Shown one piece after another: positions 47,350 through 60,685 of a stretch of DNA of 64,000 nt. Position 1 is the stretch's first letter; the number at the start of each line of letters is the position of its first letter. Source of the DNA: Planctomycetota bacterium (GTDB lineage: Bacteria > Planctomycetota > UBA1135 > UBA2386); contig OZ245838.1 in assembly GCA_965228735.1 (NCBI GenBank), positions 6,272,001 through 6,336,000 of the forward strand, read 5' to 3'. Below the pieces are notes generated by a model. It did not search any database, had not been told where the DNA came from, and was given only the letters and a program-made list of their open reading frames with translations. Made by a program: the position numbers and the translations under genes.

Positions 47350-48495
47350 GTGGCTCATCCCGACAACCCGGTCCTCAGCGTCGTCACGCGCAGCGACCGC
47401 GTCGAATCGTGGCATCGGGGTGCGCTCGTGGTCGTGCACGACGGCGAGCTCGTCGTCGCGATCGGCGACGTCAAGAACGCGGTGTATGCGCGATCGGTCG
47501 TCAAGCCGCTGCAGGCGCTGGCGCTGCTCGAGCGCGGGCTGCACGAACGTCTCGAACTGACCGCCGCGGAGATCGCCGTGCTCTGCGCGAGTCACGACGG
47601 CACGCCGTTCCACACGGAGCTGGTCCGCACGTTCCTCGGTCGCGGGGGGCTCGACGAGACCCACCTGCGCTGCGGCCCGCATGCGCCGTTCGATCCGGGG
47701 ACGCGCCGCGCGATGCTCGGCGCGGGCGAGGCGCCGAGCCGGTTGCACAACAACTGCAGCGGCAAGCACACCGGCTTCCTGCATCTCGCGCGCGAGTGCT
47801 CCGACGATCTCGCTGACTACCTCGACCCGGCCTCGGCGGCGCAGCGCGAGGTCCATGCCGCGGTCATCGGGATGGCCGGGCTGAGCCACGAGGTACCGAC
47901 GGGGCTCGACGGCTGCGGCGCGCCGACGTTCTGGCTGCCGCTGGCCCGCATCGCGCGGGCTTTCTGCCAATTGGCGAACCCGATCGGGGTCGCCGACGTT
48001 CGAGCCACGGCATGCCGAACGATCCTGGATGCCGTGGGCCGCGAGCCGGTGGCCCTCGCGGGCGAGCGCCGCTTCTGCACGGCGCTGGCGCGGGCGTTCC
48101 CGGGCCGGGTGTTCCCGAAGAACGGCGCCGAAGGGGTCTACGCGGTCGCGCTCGCGCCCGACCCGGCGCGGCAGCGATGGCCCGGCGCGATCGGGCTCGC
48201 GGTCAAGATCGACGACGGCAACGAACGGGGCTATCAGCCGGTCGTGATCGACGCGCTGCGGCGGCTCGGTGCGTTCGGCGAGGCGGCTGTTGGCGCGCCC
48301 GGGTCCGGGGCCGCCAAGTCCGGGGCCGCCAAGTCCGGGGCCGCCAAGTCCGGGGCCGCCGGGTCTGGTTCCGCACGCTCTGGGGCCGCCGGGTCGCTCC
48401 CGAGCGAGCTCGAGAAGTGGGCGCGGTTGCCGATCCTCAACACCCAGAAGCGCGTCGTCGGCGAAGTGCGGGCGGAGTTGCCGTGGCCAGTCTGA
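47350..48495 (+). CDS. L-asparaginase II (Rhizobium etli AnsA-type, class 3)
   Basis: VESWHRG, RSVVKPLQA, CASHDG, NNCSGKH, DGCGAP and KNGAEG. Confidence 0.88.
   Translation: MAHPDNPVLSVVTRSDRVESWHRGALVVVHDGELVVAIGDVKNAVYARSVVKPLQALALLERGLHERLELTAAEIAVLCASHDGTPFHTELVRTFLGRGGLDETHLRCGPHAPFDPGTRRAMLGAGEAPSRLHNNCSGKHTGFLHLARECSDDLADYLDPASAAQREVHAAVIGMAGLSHEVPTGLDGCGAPTFWLPLARIARAFCQLANPIGVADVRATACRTILDAVGREPVALAGERRFCTALARAFPGRVFPKNGAEGVYAVALAPDPARQRWPGAIGLAVKIDDGNERGYQPVVIDALRRLGAFGEAAVGAPGSGAAKSGAAKSGAAKSGAAGSGSARSGAAGSLPSELEKWARLPILNTQKRVVGEVRAELPWPV
48304..48393 (+). repeat. In-frame 15-bp tandem repeat (SGAAK x3 plus 3 degenerate copies)
   Basis: TCCGGGGCCGCCAAG exact x3 (48304-48348), then SGAAG, SGSAR and SGAAG. 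Confidence 0.92.
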
Positions 48496-49364
48496 GAAAG
48501 AGCGCGGCGCGCCGCGCGTTGCCTTCGGCCGCGGGCTCGGGCATCGGCTCGTGGCGGCGCGTTCGGCGGGTGCCGGCTCTGCCCCCGCGCGCGACCGATC
48601 TGCACAAGGGCGCGGCGGGTCGCGTGCTCGTCGTCGCCGGCAGCGACGGCATGCTCGGCGCGGCCATCCTCGCGACGACGGCTGCATTGCGCGGTGGTGC
48701 GGGGCTCGTCACGGCGGCGTTGCCGAAGCCGTTGATGGCGCCGCTGACCGTCGCGGTGCCGCCGGCGATGACCCTCGCACGCACGGCGGCCGCGCTCGCC
48801 GGAGCGGTGCCGGCCGCGGATGCGATCGTGCTCGGCCCGGGCCTCGGCCGCACGGCCGCTGCCAAGGCCACGGTGCAGAACGTGCTGCAGCAGGCGACGG
48901 CGCCGGTCGTCGTCGACGCGGACGCGTTGTTCCTGTTGTCGCCGCTGCGACGCCGCGCGCGCCCGGGAGCTCCGATCGTGCTCACGCCGCACGTCGGCGA
49001 GGCGGCGCGATTGCTCGGCGTCGATGCCGGGGTCGTCGTGGCGGATCGGCAAGCCGCGCTCGCGCAGCTGTGCGAGCGCAGCTCGGCGACCGTCGTGCTC
49101 AAGGGCGAGGCGACGCTCGTCGGCGGCGCCGAACGCTGGTATCGCAACGCGACCGGCAACCCCGGTCTCGCGACCGGCGGCACGGGCGACGTGCTCGCGG
49201 GGCTGATCAGTGCGTTCCTCGCGGGCGGGATGGCGCCGTTCGATGCCGCGTGCGCCGCGGTGCACTGGCACGGCAAGGCGGCGGACCGGGTGGCGGACCG
49301 ACTGTCGGAGCGCGGGCTCATCGCGTCGGACCTGCCGCTCGCGATCGCGGAGGTGTTGCCGTGA
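48483..49364 (+). CDS. nnrD: ADP-dependent NAD(P)H-hydrate dehydratase (stand-alone)
   Basis: HKG..G.VLVVAGS, GPGLG, VVDADAL, LTPH.GEA and GNPGLATGGTGDVLAG. Start approximate. Confidence 0.9.
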   Translation: MASLRKSAARRALPSAAGSGIGSWRRVRRVPALPPRATDLHKGAAGRVLVVAGSDGMLGAAILATTAALRGGAGLVTAALPKPLMAPLTVAVPPAMTLARTAAALAGAVPAADAIVLGPGLGRTAAAKATVQNVLQQATAPVVVDADALFLLSPLRRRARPGAPIVLTPHVGEAARLLGVDAGVVVADRQAALAQLCERSSATVVLKGEATLVGGAERWYRNATGNPGLATGGTGDVLAGLISAFLAGGMAPFDAACAAVHWHGKAADRVADRLSERGLIASDLPLAIAEVLP

Positions 49365-51778
49365 GGTGCTCGACCGCGCTGACGGTTGCGGCGTTCGTGG
49401 GTGTCTGGGCCGCGCAGTCGCCGGCCCAGGTCGAGGTCGCGGTCGGTCAGCTGCACGAAGCGCAGGACCGCGGCGAGCTCGACGTGGCGACGGTGGTCGC
49501 AGCGCTGCGCCAGGGTGGCGACGCGGGCCGGGCCGCCGCCGCGATCGTGCGCCACGAGTGGCTCGACGTTCCGGCAGAACTGCTCGACGCCGCTGCCGGG
49601 CACCCGGCGAGCGCCACGCTGCTGCTGCGCGAACTGGCGCTCGCGCCGCGCCCGAGCGTGCAGGCATGGGCGAGGACGCAGGTCGAGCGCGACGACCTGC
49701 CGAACGACGTTCGGTGCTATGCGATCGCGGCGGCGCAGCTGCCGGCGACGGGCAAGGTCGCGAACCTGCTCGTCGATACGGCGCTCGATCCCGAAGGCGG
49801 CGACGGTTATCGGACCGCGGCGTGGCTCATGGCATCGCGCGATGCCGATCGGCTCCTCGGTCGGCTGCACGCGGCGGCGCTGCAGCAGCAGGCCGAGTTC
49901 GATCGGTTGCTGCCGTTCTTCGACCGGCTGTCGCCGCGCGGTCACGAGCACCTCGTCGGGCTCGCGCTGTCGTTGCCGAACGAGCTGCAGCAGCCGCTCG
50001 TGCGGTATTTCCTCAACAACGACGTCGCGGCCTATCGCGACCGTTCGGCCGACGCGCTCGACGGCAAGCTCGAGCTCGAGCCGATCTGGCTCGCGCGGGC
50101 CGCCGAGTTGCTCACGGAGCGCTCGCGCGTGGAGCGGTTGTTCGGCGTTCTCGACGACGAAACGGCGTCGGCCGAACTGCGGGATGCGGCGTTCCGCGCG
50201 TTGCTCGAGGCCTCTGTGATCGAGCCGCCCGTGGTCGACTACGCGGGCGACGCCGTCCAGCGCAGTCGCGACATCCGGGCGTTGCTCGATGCCGGTGTCG
50301 GTCAGCTGCCGGTCGACACGATCCTGCACCTGCTCACCGGCGACGTGCGCGTCGCGGCGCTCACGGCTAGCGCGTTGCTCCGACGCGACCCGCTCGAACC
50401 GGCGATCGAGGCGCAGCTCGTCGAGCTGCTCGCCGACGTCGTGCCGGCCACTCCGACGCTGCCGCTCGTCGTCGCGCTCCTGCGGCGCGGATCCGAGGGC
50501 TCGGTTCGCGCGATCTGGCCGCGGTTGCGCGGCTCGGAGCTGTTCGATCAGTGCGTCGACATCCTCGCGCGGCGCGAGGCGGCCTGGATCTCACCGCTGC
50601 TGCTCGAGGACCTCGCGCACGACGTCGGTGACGAAGAATCGCTGCCCGCGCGCCGGCAACGCGACCGTGCGTCGGTCCGGCTCGCGCTCGTTCGGCGCGG
50701 CGACCGGCGCGAGCTGGACCGCCTCGTCGAAGGCGCCGCGACGAGTTCGCCGTCGTTCTTGCGTCGGTGCACGCACCACGCTGCGCCGGTCGGGGTCGAG
50801 CACAGTCTCACGCTCCTCGAGTTCGCTGGCGCGACGGCGGATGATGATCTCGCGGTCGAACTCATCAGCTGGGCCGCGACGACCGATGATCCGCAGGTGC
50901 ACGCCGCGCTGTTCGGTTTGTGGCAACCCGCGGAGCTGACCGAGCGGCACATCGCCGCGCTCTCCGGGCTCGGGCACAGCGCGGCGCGGCCGCGGCTCGT
51001 CACCGAGTTGCGCGCGGCGATCGAGGCCGGCACGCGCGACGATCGTGCGGAGATGCTCGCGTACGAGCTGATTTCCACGATGCGGATGCCGCTCGCGCAA
51101 AGAGACATCGAGCTGCTGGCCGAGCTCGCGCTCGTGTGGCCGCTCGCCGATCCCGAGCGGGAACGTGGGCGGGCGCAGCGCTGGTCGGACGGCCGCAACG
51201 GGTTTCCGCTCGCGGCCGCGATCGCGCACCGATTGCGCGGTGCCGACCCGGAGCTCGTGCACGCGGTGTTCGGCCGGACCGCGCAAGCGGTGCAGGAGCA
51301 CTCCGAGTTCGCCGCGTTTGCGCCCCAACGGCTCCTCGTGATGTGGCGGGCGTTGGTCCCGGACCAGCGCGTGCAATCGGCGCTCGGTCGCGCGACCGCC
51401 GCGTTGTTGCTCGCGGCAAACGATCCGATGGCGGTCGGCCACGGGCCAGCGAGCCTCTACGCGAGCCAGGAACGGGAAGCTCGCGGCGAGTTCGCGGCAG
51501 CCGTCCAACACGCGCGCCGGGCCGTCGCTCTGCTGCTGCGGCAGCCTGACGCGCGGCGCGATGCCCGGCTCTTCCTCGGCGAGCGCGACCCGGTCGCGGG
51601 CGTGGATCCGTGGAGTCGGCTCGCGGCGCGACCGTTCGTTCTCGAGGCGAGGGCGTGCCTTGCTGCGAGGAATGATCCCGGCGCGGGCGCGGCATTGCGC
51701 GCGGCGGCCGAGCTCGTCGGGCACGACGCCGACGGGCGGGCTACGATCGAAGAGCTGACCCGAGCGAGCAAACGGTGA
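49361..51778 (+). CDS. Large hypothetical exported alpha-helical protein
   Basis: GTG overlaps the nnrD stop. Signal peptide ending SPA-Q. Ala/Leu-rich helical repeats. Coupled to the next gene. Confidence 0.65.
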   Translation: MRCSTALTVAAFVGVWAAQSPAQVEVAVGQLHEAQDRGELDVATVVAALRQGGDAGRAAAAIVRHEWLDVPAELLDAAAGHPASATLLLRELALAPRPSVQAWARTQVERDDLPNDVRCYAIAAAQLPATGKVANLLVDTALDPEGGDGYRTAAWLMASRDADRLLGRLHAAALQQQAEFDRLLPFFDRLSPRGHEHLVGLALSLPNELQQPLVRYFLNNDVAAYRDRSADALDGKLELEPIWLARAAELLTERSRVERLFGVLDDETASAELRDAAFRALLEASVIEPPVVDYAGDAVQRSRDIRALLDAGVGQLPVDTILHLLTGDVRVAALTASALLRRDPLEPAIEAQLVELLADVVPATPTLPLVVALLRRGSEGSVRAIWPRLRGSELFDQCVDILARREAAWISPLLLEDLAHDVGDEESLPARRQRDRASVRLALVRRGDRRELDRLVEGAATSSPSFLRRCTHHAAPVGVEHSLTLLEFAGATADDDLAVELISWAATTDDPQVHAALFGLWQPAELTERHIAALSGLGHSAARPRLVTELRAAIEAGTRDDRAEMLAYELISTMRMPLAQRDIELLAELALVWPLADPERERGRAQRWSDGRNGFPLAAAIAHRLRGADPELVHAVFGRTAQAVQEHSEFAAFAPQRLLVMWRALVPDQRVQSALGRATAALLLAANDPMAVGHGPASLYASQEREARGEFAAAVQHARRAVALLLRQPDARRDARLFLGERDPVAGVDPWSRLAARPFVLEARACLAARNDPGAGAALRAAAELVGHDADGRATIEELTRASKR

Positions 51779-52761
51779 TGATCAGGACAATGACGATGGC
51801 GATCGGAATGACGGTGGGCACCGGCCTGTTGGTGGGGCTCTTCCTCGGTTGCGGTCAGCGCGATGCTGGCGGCGGCCAGTCGCCGGTGCACGCGGGCGTC
51901 GGGCTCGGCCCGGTGCGGGGCCAGCAGTCGGGGCAGGATCCGCAGGCGCAGGATCCCCAGGTTGGGCAGGACCCGAAACAGAACCCCGAGGGCGACGCGA
52001 AGACAAAACCCGCGGTGACCCAGGATCCGAAGGAGCTGCTCGCCGAGATGATGGCGCGCTTCAAGGAGCAGAAGATCGCGGTCGACCTCGAGGCGCACAC
52101 CGTCGCGATCCCGGTCGTGCTCAACCTGCCACAGGATCCGGTCGAGTACCTGCTGATCCATCGGCGCGGCAAGCGTCACGAGGCGATGTTCGTGACCGAG
52201 GCGAAGCCGAGCCTGCTGAACGGCGCGCTGCTGCTCGCCGGTCTGCAGATCGGCAAGAACGCGCGCGTGCGTGACGTCGAGCCGATGCCGTCGCTCGAAG
52301 AGGTGCAGAACGGCGCCGAGACGGTGATCGTGACGCCGCCGAAGGGGCAGCCGTTCTGGATGACCGCGCGGTGGGCCAATGCCGCCGGCAAGGTCGTCGA
52401 ACATTGCATCGAGGATCTGATCCTCGATCTGACGACGCAGGAGCCGATCACCGACTGCCAGTGGATCTACATCGGCGGCCGGATGGCGAGGCTCTACAAG
52501 AACGACCCCGAGGTCTACGTCGCCGACTTCGAGGGCAACATCGTGAGCATCTGCTACATGCTGCCCGACAACCACCTCGCGACGATGCGGCATGCGTCGG
52601 CGCGCGACGACCAGAACTGGTGGTTGTCCGATCTCGTGCCCGAACCGGGGACCGAGGCGCAGCTGATCTTCCACGCGCAGAAGTCCAAGCTGCACGTCGC
52701 GCGTGACGAACGGCTGGCGGCCGAGGCGAAGAAGAAGAGCGCGACCGACGGCGGCAAGTAA
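51775..52761 (+). CDS. YdjY-like domain lipoprotein
   Basis: Lipobox FLGC, QDP-rich linker, EYLL...GKRHEAMF....PS.LN.ALLLAGL. Confidence 0.65.
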   Translation: MMIRTMTMAIGMTVGTGLLVGLFLGCGQRDAGGGQSPVHAGVGLGPVRGQQSGQDPQAQDPQVGQDPKQNPEGDAKTKPAVTQDPKELLAEMMARFKEQKIAVDLEAHTVAIPVVLNLPQDPVEYLLIHRRGKRHEAMFVTEAKPSLLNGALLLAGLQIGKNARVRDVEPMPSLEEVQNGAETVIVTPPKGQPFWMTARWANAAGKVVEHCIEDLILDLTTQEPITDCQWIYIGGRMARLYKNDPEVYVADFEGNIVSICYMLPDNHLATMRHASARDDQNWWLSDLVPEPGTEAQLIFHAQKSKLHVARDERLAAEAKKKSATDGGK

Positions 52762-52800
52762 TTGCGCGTCGCCGCGGGCGCAGAATCGTCGGTCGGCAGC

Positions 52801-54726
52801 TCAGTAGATCAGCGTCTTGCCGCCGCTCGACATCGCGATGCCGTTCGTCGCGCTCGGGTCGAACACGAGCCACTGGAAGAACAGCGGCACGTTGCTGAAG
52901 CCCGGCGGCAGCGTCGGCATCACGAAGCGGAACTGCCCGTTCGCGCCCTGCGGGACGATGTTGCTGCGCATGTCGGGTGACACGAGCAGCTGGGATTCCG
53001 TGAAGCCGAAAGTCGCGAGGTTGACGGGCAGCAGGGTCGGGCCGCTCGCCACGTTGCTGAAGCCGACGTAGAGCGCGGCGAACGGGGCGGTGTTCGGCGC
53101 CATGCCTTCGAGCCGCAGCTCGAAGTTGCTGGTGCCCTCGAACGGCTGACCGCGCATCGTCGTCCGGCCGCGCAGGCTGCGGCCGAAGCGCCACGGCCCG
53201 TGCAGCTCGTAGAGCACGCTGCCCTGCCCGGTCTGCACGACCGCGAGCATGTGCATGCCGCCGCGGTTGTTCGGGTTCAGCAAGCGGTAGACCTCGAAAC
53301 CGCGCGCGATGCCGCCGGGCGGCCCGCCCGCGTTCGGCACCTGCAGGTTGCCCCAGAAGCGCGTGCCGGTCGGTCGGTGGTCATAGGCCGAGTACTCGGA
53401 GCCGTTGACGCGCAGCGTGCCGCGCGGCGTGGCCTCGGGCTGGCTGCTGAAGAAGTAGTAGCGGCCGAACGTGTGGTCGTAGCCGGCGCCCTGGGCGCGT
53501 TGCGGCAGGGACTGGAACGTGCGGAGCACGGCCCCCGTCGTGAGTGCGACCTCGTAGCCGAGGCCGCCCTGATCGGTGATCAGGAACGTGCCGGCGCCGA
53601 GATCGCCGTCGCGGTTGAACGCGATGCTCAGGGGCTCGGGACCGCCCGCGGCCGGCAGCGCTGCCGTCACGAACAGCGGTGTCAGCAGCGCGCCGGACAG
53701 AGCGTCGATCGCGCGGATCTCGACGCTGCCGCCGGGCGAGCCGCGGCGATCGACGATCGCGTAGACGACCTGCGTGTGCGGAGCCGTCGGCGAGGTTTGA
53801 ATGGTTCGCACCGTGAGGTCGGAGGCGCCGAACGGGGCCGCGGCCGGCGTGTCGGGCAGGTTGGTCGACGAGATCGGCTGGCCCGACGCGTTGAAGCGGA
53901 TCAGACGGTGGGGGAGGCCGGTGCCGGGCGCGAGCGCGCTGACCCAGTAGCTGCGCTGGAACGTCGCCGGGTTCTCCGTCAGCGCCGCGGCGACGCACGT
54001 CCGGCCGCCCGTCGCCGCCGTGAGGTTGATGCCGGTCTGCCCGAACGTCGAGTCGTCGACCTCGCCGAGCGCCTCGGCGTCGGCGTCGGCGTCCTCGACC
54101 TTCACGCAGCGACTGCTGACGAACAGGTCGTCGATCGCGACGTCGTTGTTGAGATCGGTGAACAGTTCGATCACGACGTCCTCGTCGTCGGGTTGCGGCC
54201 AGAGTTCACCCATGATCGTGACCGTCTCCCAGCCGCCGCCGACGGGCACCGACTCCCACGTCACCGAAGAACGGTCGTAGGCGGCGAGCTGCTCCTCGAG
54301 AGACGCCGTGATCTCGCCGACCGTGCCCTCGAGCGCGTCGAACTGCACCTCGAAGATCTTCACCCAGTTGACGTGCGGATCGTTGTCCGCGGTCAGGTCG
54401 ATCGACGCGGTCTGCGGCGAGCCGTTGCCGAGGATGCCGAGCACGTCCGTGCGGCCGGCCAGCGCCGGGATCACCTGCAGCGGACCAGTGGTCGCGAAGA
54501 CGGTCTGCTGCGGGTTGTACCACGACGCCGTCGCGACCTGCTGCGGCACGAACGGCGTCGCGCCGCTGAAGTCCCAGTACAGCGACATGGTCTCTTCGTC
54601 CTGCACGCCCCACCACGGCGGCGCGTCGAGCGGCGTCGGGATCTGAGCAGCGAGAGTGCTCGCGAGTACGGCGCTCAGCAGCGGGGCGGCGGTGCTTGCT
54701 AGCACGCTTCGGATGCGGTGGTTCAT
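52801..54726 (-). CDS. Secreted multidomain protein with shared C-terminal domain
   Basis: Signal peptide ending LAA-Q. Acidic N-terminal beta domain, propeller-like middle, C-terminus LFFQWLVFDPSATNGIAMS. Confidence 0.75.
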   Translation of the reverse strand: MNHRIRSVLASTAAPLLSAVLASTLAAQIPTPLDAPPWWGVQDEETMSLYWDFSGATPFVPQQVATASWYNPQQTVFATTGPLQVIPALAGRTDVLGILGNGSPQTASIDLTADNDPHVNWVKIFEVQFDALEGTVGEITASLEEQLAAYDRSSVTWESVPVGGGWETVTIMGELWPQPDDEDVVIELFTDLNNDVAIDDLFVSSRCVKVEDADADAEALGEVDDSTFGQTGINLTAATGGRTCVAAALTENPATFQRSYWVSALAPGTGLPHRLIRFNASGQPISSTNLPDTPAAAPFGASDLTVRTIQTSPTAPHTQVVYAIVDRRGSPGGSVEIRAIDALSGALLTPLFVTAALPAAGGPEPLSIAFNRDGDLGAGTFLITDQGGLGYEVALTTGAVLRTFQSLPQRAQGAGYDHTFGRYYFFSSQPEATPRGTLRVNGSEYSAYDHRPTGTRFWGNLQVPNAGGPPGGIARGFEVYRLLNPNNRGGMHMLAVVQTGQGSVLYELHGPWRFGRSLRGRTTMRGQPFEGTSNFELRLEGMAPNTAPFAALYVGFSNVASGPTLLPVNLATFGFTESQLLVSPDMRSNIVPQGANGQFRFVMPTLPPGFSNVPLFFQWLVFDPSATNGIAMSSGGKTLIY

Positions 54727-54777
54727 GGTCGGTTCTACAGTGCTGGCAGGGGATGCGGTGCGGGGGCAACCGGGTGG

Positions 54778-58441
<3,664 letters not shown>

Positions 58442-58449
<8 letters not shown>

Positions 58450-59041
58450 CCGACGGCCTCGACAGGTACCCCGACAACCGGGCCTGGGCGCGCGACAACA
58501 GCGCACGCACCGCCCCCTCGGTCGGCAGCCCCATCTCGGCGCAGATCTCGTCGGTGGAGAGCTCGAGGTAGCGCTTCAGCACGATGATCTCGCGCTCGCG
58601 GTCCGGCAGCTGCTGCAGCGCGACGCGGATCCGTTCGGCCAGCTCGGTCTCGTCGTGCACCTGTGACGGGGTCGCGTCCTTGCTCGGGATCGCCTCACGC
58701 ATGTGCTCGTCGATGCCGACGAGGCCGCCGTCCTGCGGCCGGCGCTTGCGCGCTTCGACGGCGCGGATGCGACGGATGATCTCGTATTCCGCGCCCTTCA
58801 GCAGCCACGCGAGGAACGAGCCCTCGCCGCGATACTCGAACTGATGCAGTCGCCGGAGCGCCGACAGGATCGCGTCCTGGGTCGCATCCTCGCTGTCCGC
58901 CATGAGCACCCGGTACTTCGGACCGATCAGCTTGCGCAGCGCACTTCGCAACCGATCGCGATAGCGCTCGAACAGCTGATCGATCGCGTCGCGATCCTGC
59001 TCCAGCGCGCGGCTGACCAGGTTGCGGGTGTTGTCGTCCAA
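58442..59041 (-). CDS. ECF sigma-70 factor (kinase-associated)
   Basis: AIDQLFERYRDRL, DSEDATQ, F.YRGEGSFLAWL, TPSQ, LPDREREII and RA.ARL. Start could be TTG 59041 or ATG 59113. Confidence 0.92.
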
Positions 59042-59306
59042 GAACGGGGCGTGGGCGGGGAGCTTGCGATTTTGCCGCTTCCTGCCGCGGCGGCAAGTCG
59101 GGTCGGGCTTCATGGCGCGTTTGCGGGGGGCGGCGCGACGGTCGGCGGTGGCAATCATGGGATGGCTCACCCGCGGAAGCGCCAGACCGCCGCGATCGCA
59201 CGGGGAATTCCGGCCCTGGTGGGATTCGGCGCCCGAGACGGCCGACCGTCTCGGGTGTTTCACGGTTTTTCGGATCCGGGCGCCGGTCGGAGCCGTGGCG
59301 GTGGCG

Positions 59307-60569
59307 CTATCGCGTCTCGTCGAGCGGGCGCAGCACCGTGCTCGATTGGCGGTACGAGCCGAGTTCGCGGCGCAGCGCGGCGAGGATCTCGTCGTCGTAG
59401 AGGACCCGGGCGAAGTCGCCGGTGCCGCCGCTGACGGTCGCGCTGCCGGTCACGACGACGGAGCCGCGGATCTCGGCCGGTTCCTGCATCGTGAAGTTGC
59501 CGCCGACGTAGATCAGACCCGAGAAGCTCGAGTAGCTGCCGGCCTCGATCGCGAGGTCGCCGAGGACGATCACGATGCCCGAACCGAGCAGCCGCTGAGT
59601 GTCCGTGAACGAGAGGTCACCCGAGCAGACGACGAGCGAGTTGGTCGGCAGCGGCGACGGGAACGCAGATGGGTCGGTGATGTGGATGTCGGCCATCGCG
59701 CGCAGCTCGTCGGCCGTCGCACCGAACACGGCATCGAGCGAGTCCTCGTACGGCGTGTTGGTCGCCGTGCCGGGCGAGCCCGAGATCTCGGCGGCCGTGC
59801 CCGTCACCGTCGGCGAGCCCGTGCCCGATTCGCTGAACAGCCCGGCCGCGGCGCTGCCGCCGCGGATCTGACCGCGCGTGCTGACGAGCACCCCGCTCGC
59901 GGTGCGAACGCAGACCGCGGCCTGGCCCGGCAGGTTCATCGCGAGGCGGCGCGCCTCCATCTCGGCGATGTCCTGCGCGATCACGCGGTTGGGCGGCGCG
60001 TCGAACGCGACCGCGGCATCGCGACGCTCGTAGACGTAGCCGACGCTGCGCAGCCGCCACACCGTGCCCGCGGTGAGGCCGCCGCGGGCGGCCGACACGT
60101 CGCGGCACTGCATCTGCGTCCGGAACGCGAGGCGGTCCGGATCGGGGTCGGCGGCCCACTCCTTCCAGACCTCGTAGCGACCCCAGGTCGTGCCGCTGAT
60201 CTGGAACTCGCGCACGATGCCGATGTCCGGCTCTTCGGTCTCGAGCACTGGCGGCGTCGCGAGCTCGTCCCGCTGCGGGTCGAGCGCCGTCACGGGTTGC
60301 GACGTCTGCTTGCGCAACCAGCCGAGCCCGTCCGTCAGCCCGGAGTTCGCGAGCGCGAGCGCCTGACTGTCGCGGGCGAAGCGGGTGTCGTTGAGGTCGC
60401 GGTGCGAATCGAGCGTCTGGCTGTTGGTCAGCACCAGCCCCATGATCACCACGAGCATCAGCAGGGCGGCGATGAGCGCGCTGCCGCGCTCGCTCGCCGC
60501 CGCGGTATGGCGCGGCGGGATCTGCGGAGAACGGGCGGACGACCGGCGACGGGACGGCGAATGAAGCAT
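59307..60569 (-). CDS. PilX/GspK-like minor pilin-type protein
   Basis: Prepilin-like ERG|SALIAALLMLVV, QALALANSGL and a C-terminal beta-solenoid-like G.G(I/L)V(I/Y)V.G repeats. Confidence 0.7.
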   Translation of the reverse strand: MLHSPSRRRSSARSPQIPPRHTAAASERGSALIAALLMLVVIMGLVLTNSQTLDSHRDLNDTRFARDSQALALANSGLTDGLGWLRKQTSQPVTALDPQRDELATPPVLETEEPDIGIVREFQISGTTWGRYEVWKEWAADPDPDRLAFRTQMQCRDVSAARGGLTAGTVWRLRSVGYVYERRDAAVAFDAPPNRVIAQDIAEMEARRLAMNLPGQAAVCVRTASGVLVSTRGQIRGGSAAAGLFSESGTGSPTVTGTAAEISGSPGTATNTPYEDSLDAVFGATADELRAMADIHITDPSAFPSPLPTNSLVVCSGDLSFTDTQRLLGSGIVIVLGDLAIEAGSYSSFSGLIYVGGNFTMQEPAEIRGSVVVTGSATVSGGTGDFARVLYDDEILAALRRELGSYRQSSTVLRPLDETR

Positions 60570-60685
60570 TTGCGAACCTCTCGAGAACACCGTCCTATCG
60601 GCTGCCGAATCGGGTTTTCCCGTGGCGCTGTCCCCGTTCGGGACCGGCCAGAAGTCTCATGGCCAGTCTGGCCGATAGGACGGGC

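Noticed and set aside
48304..48393. Possible CRISPR-like repeat
   Set aside because: Contiguous 15-bp in-frame tandem units with no spacers and no cas genes.
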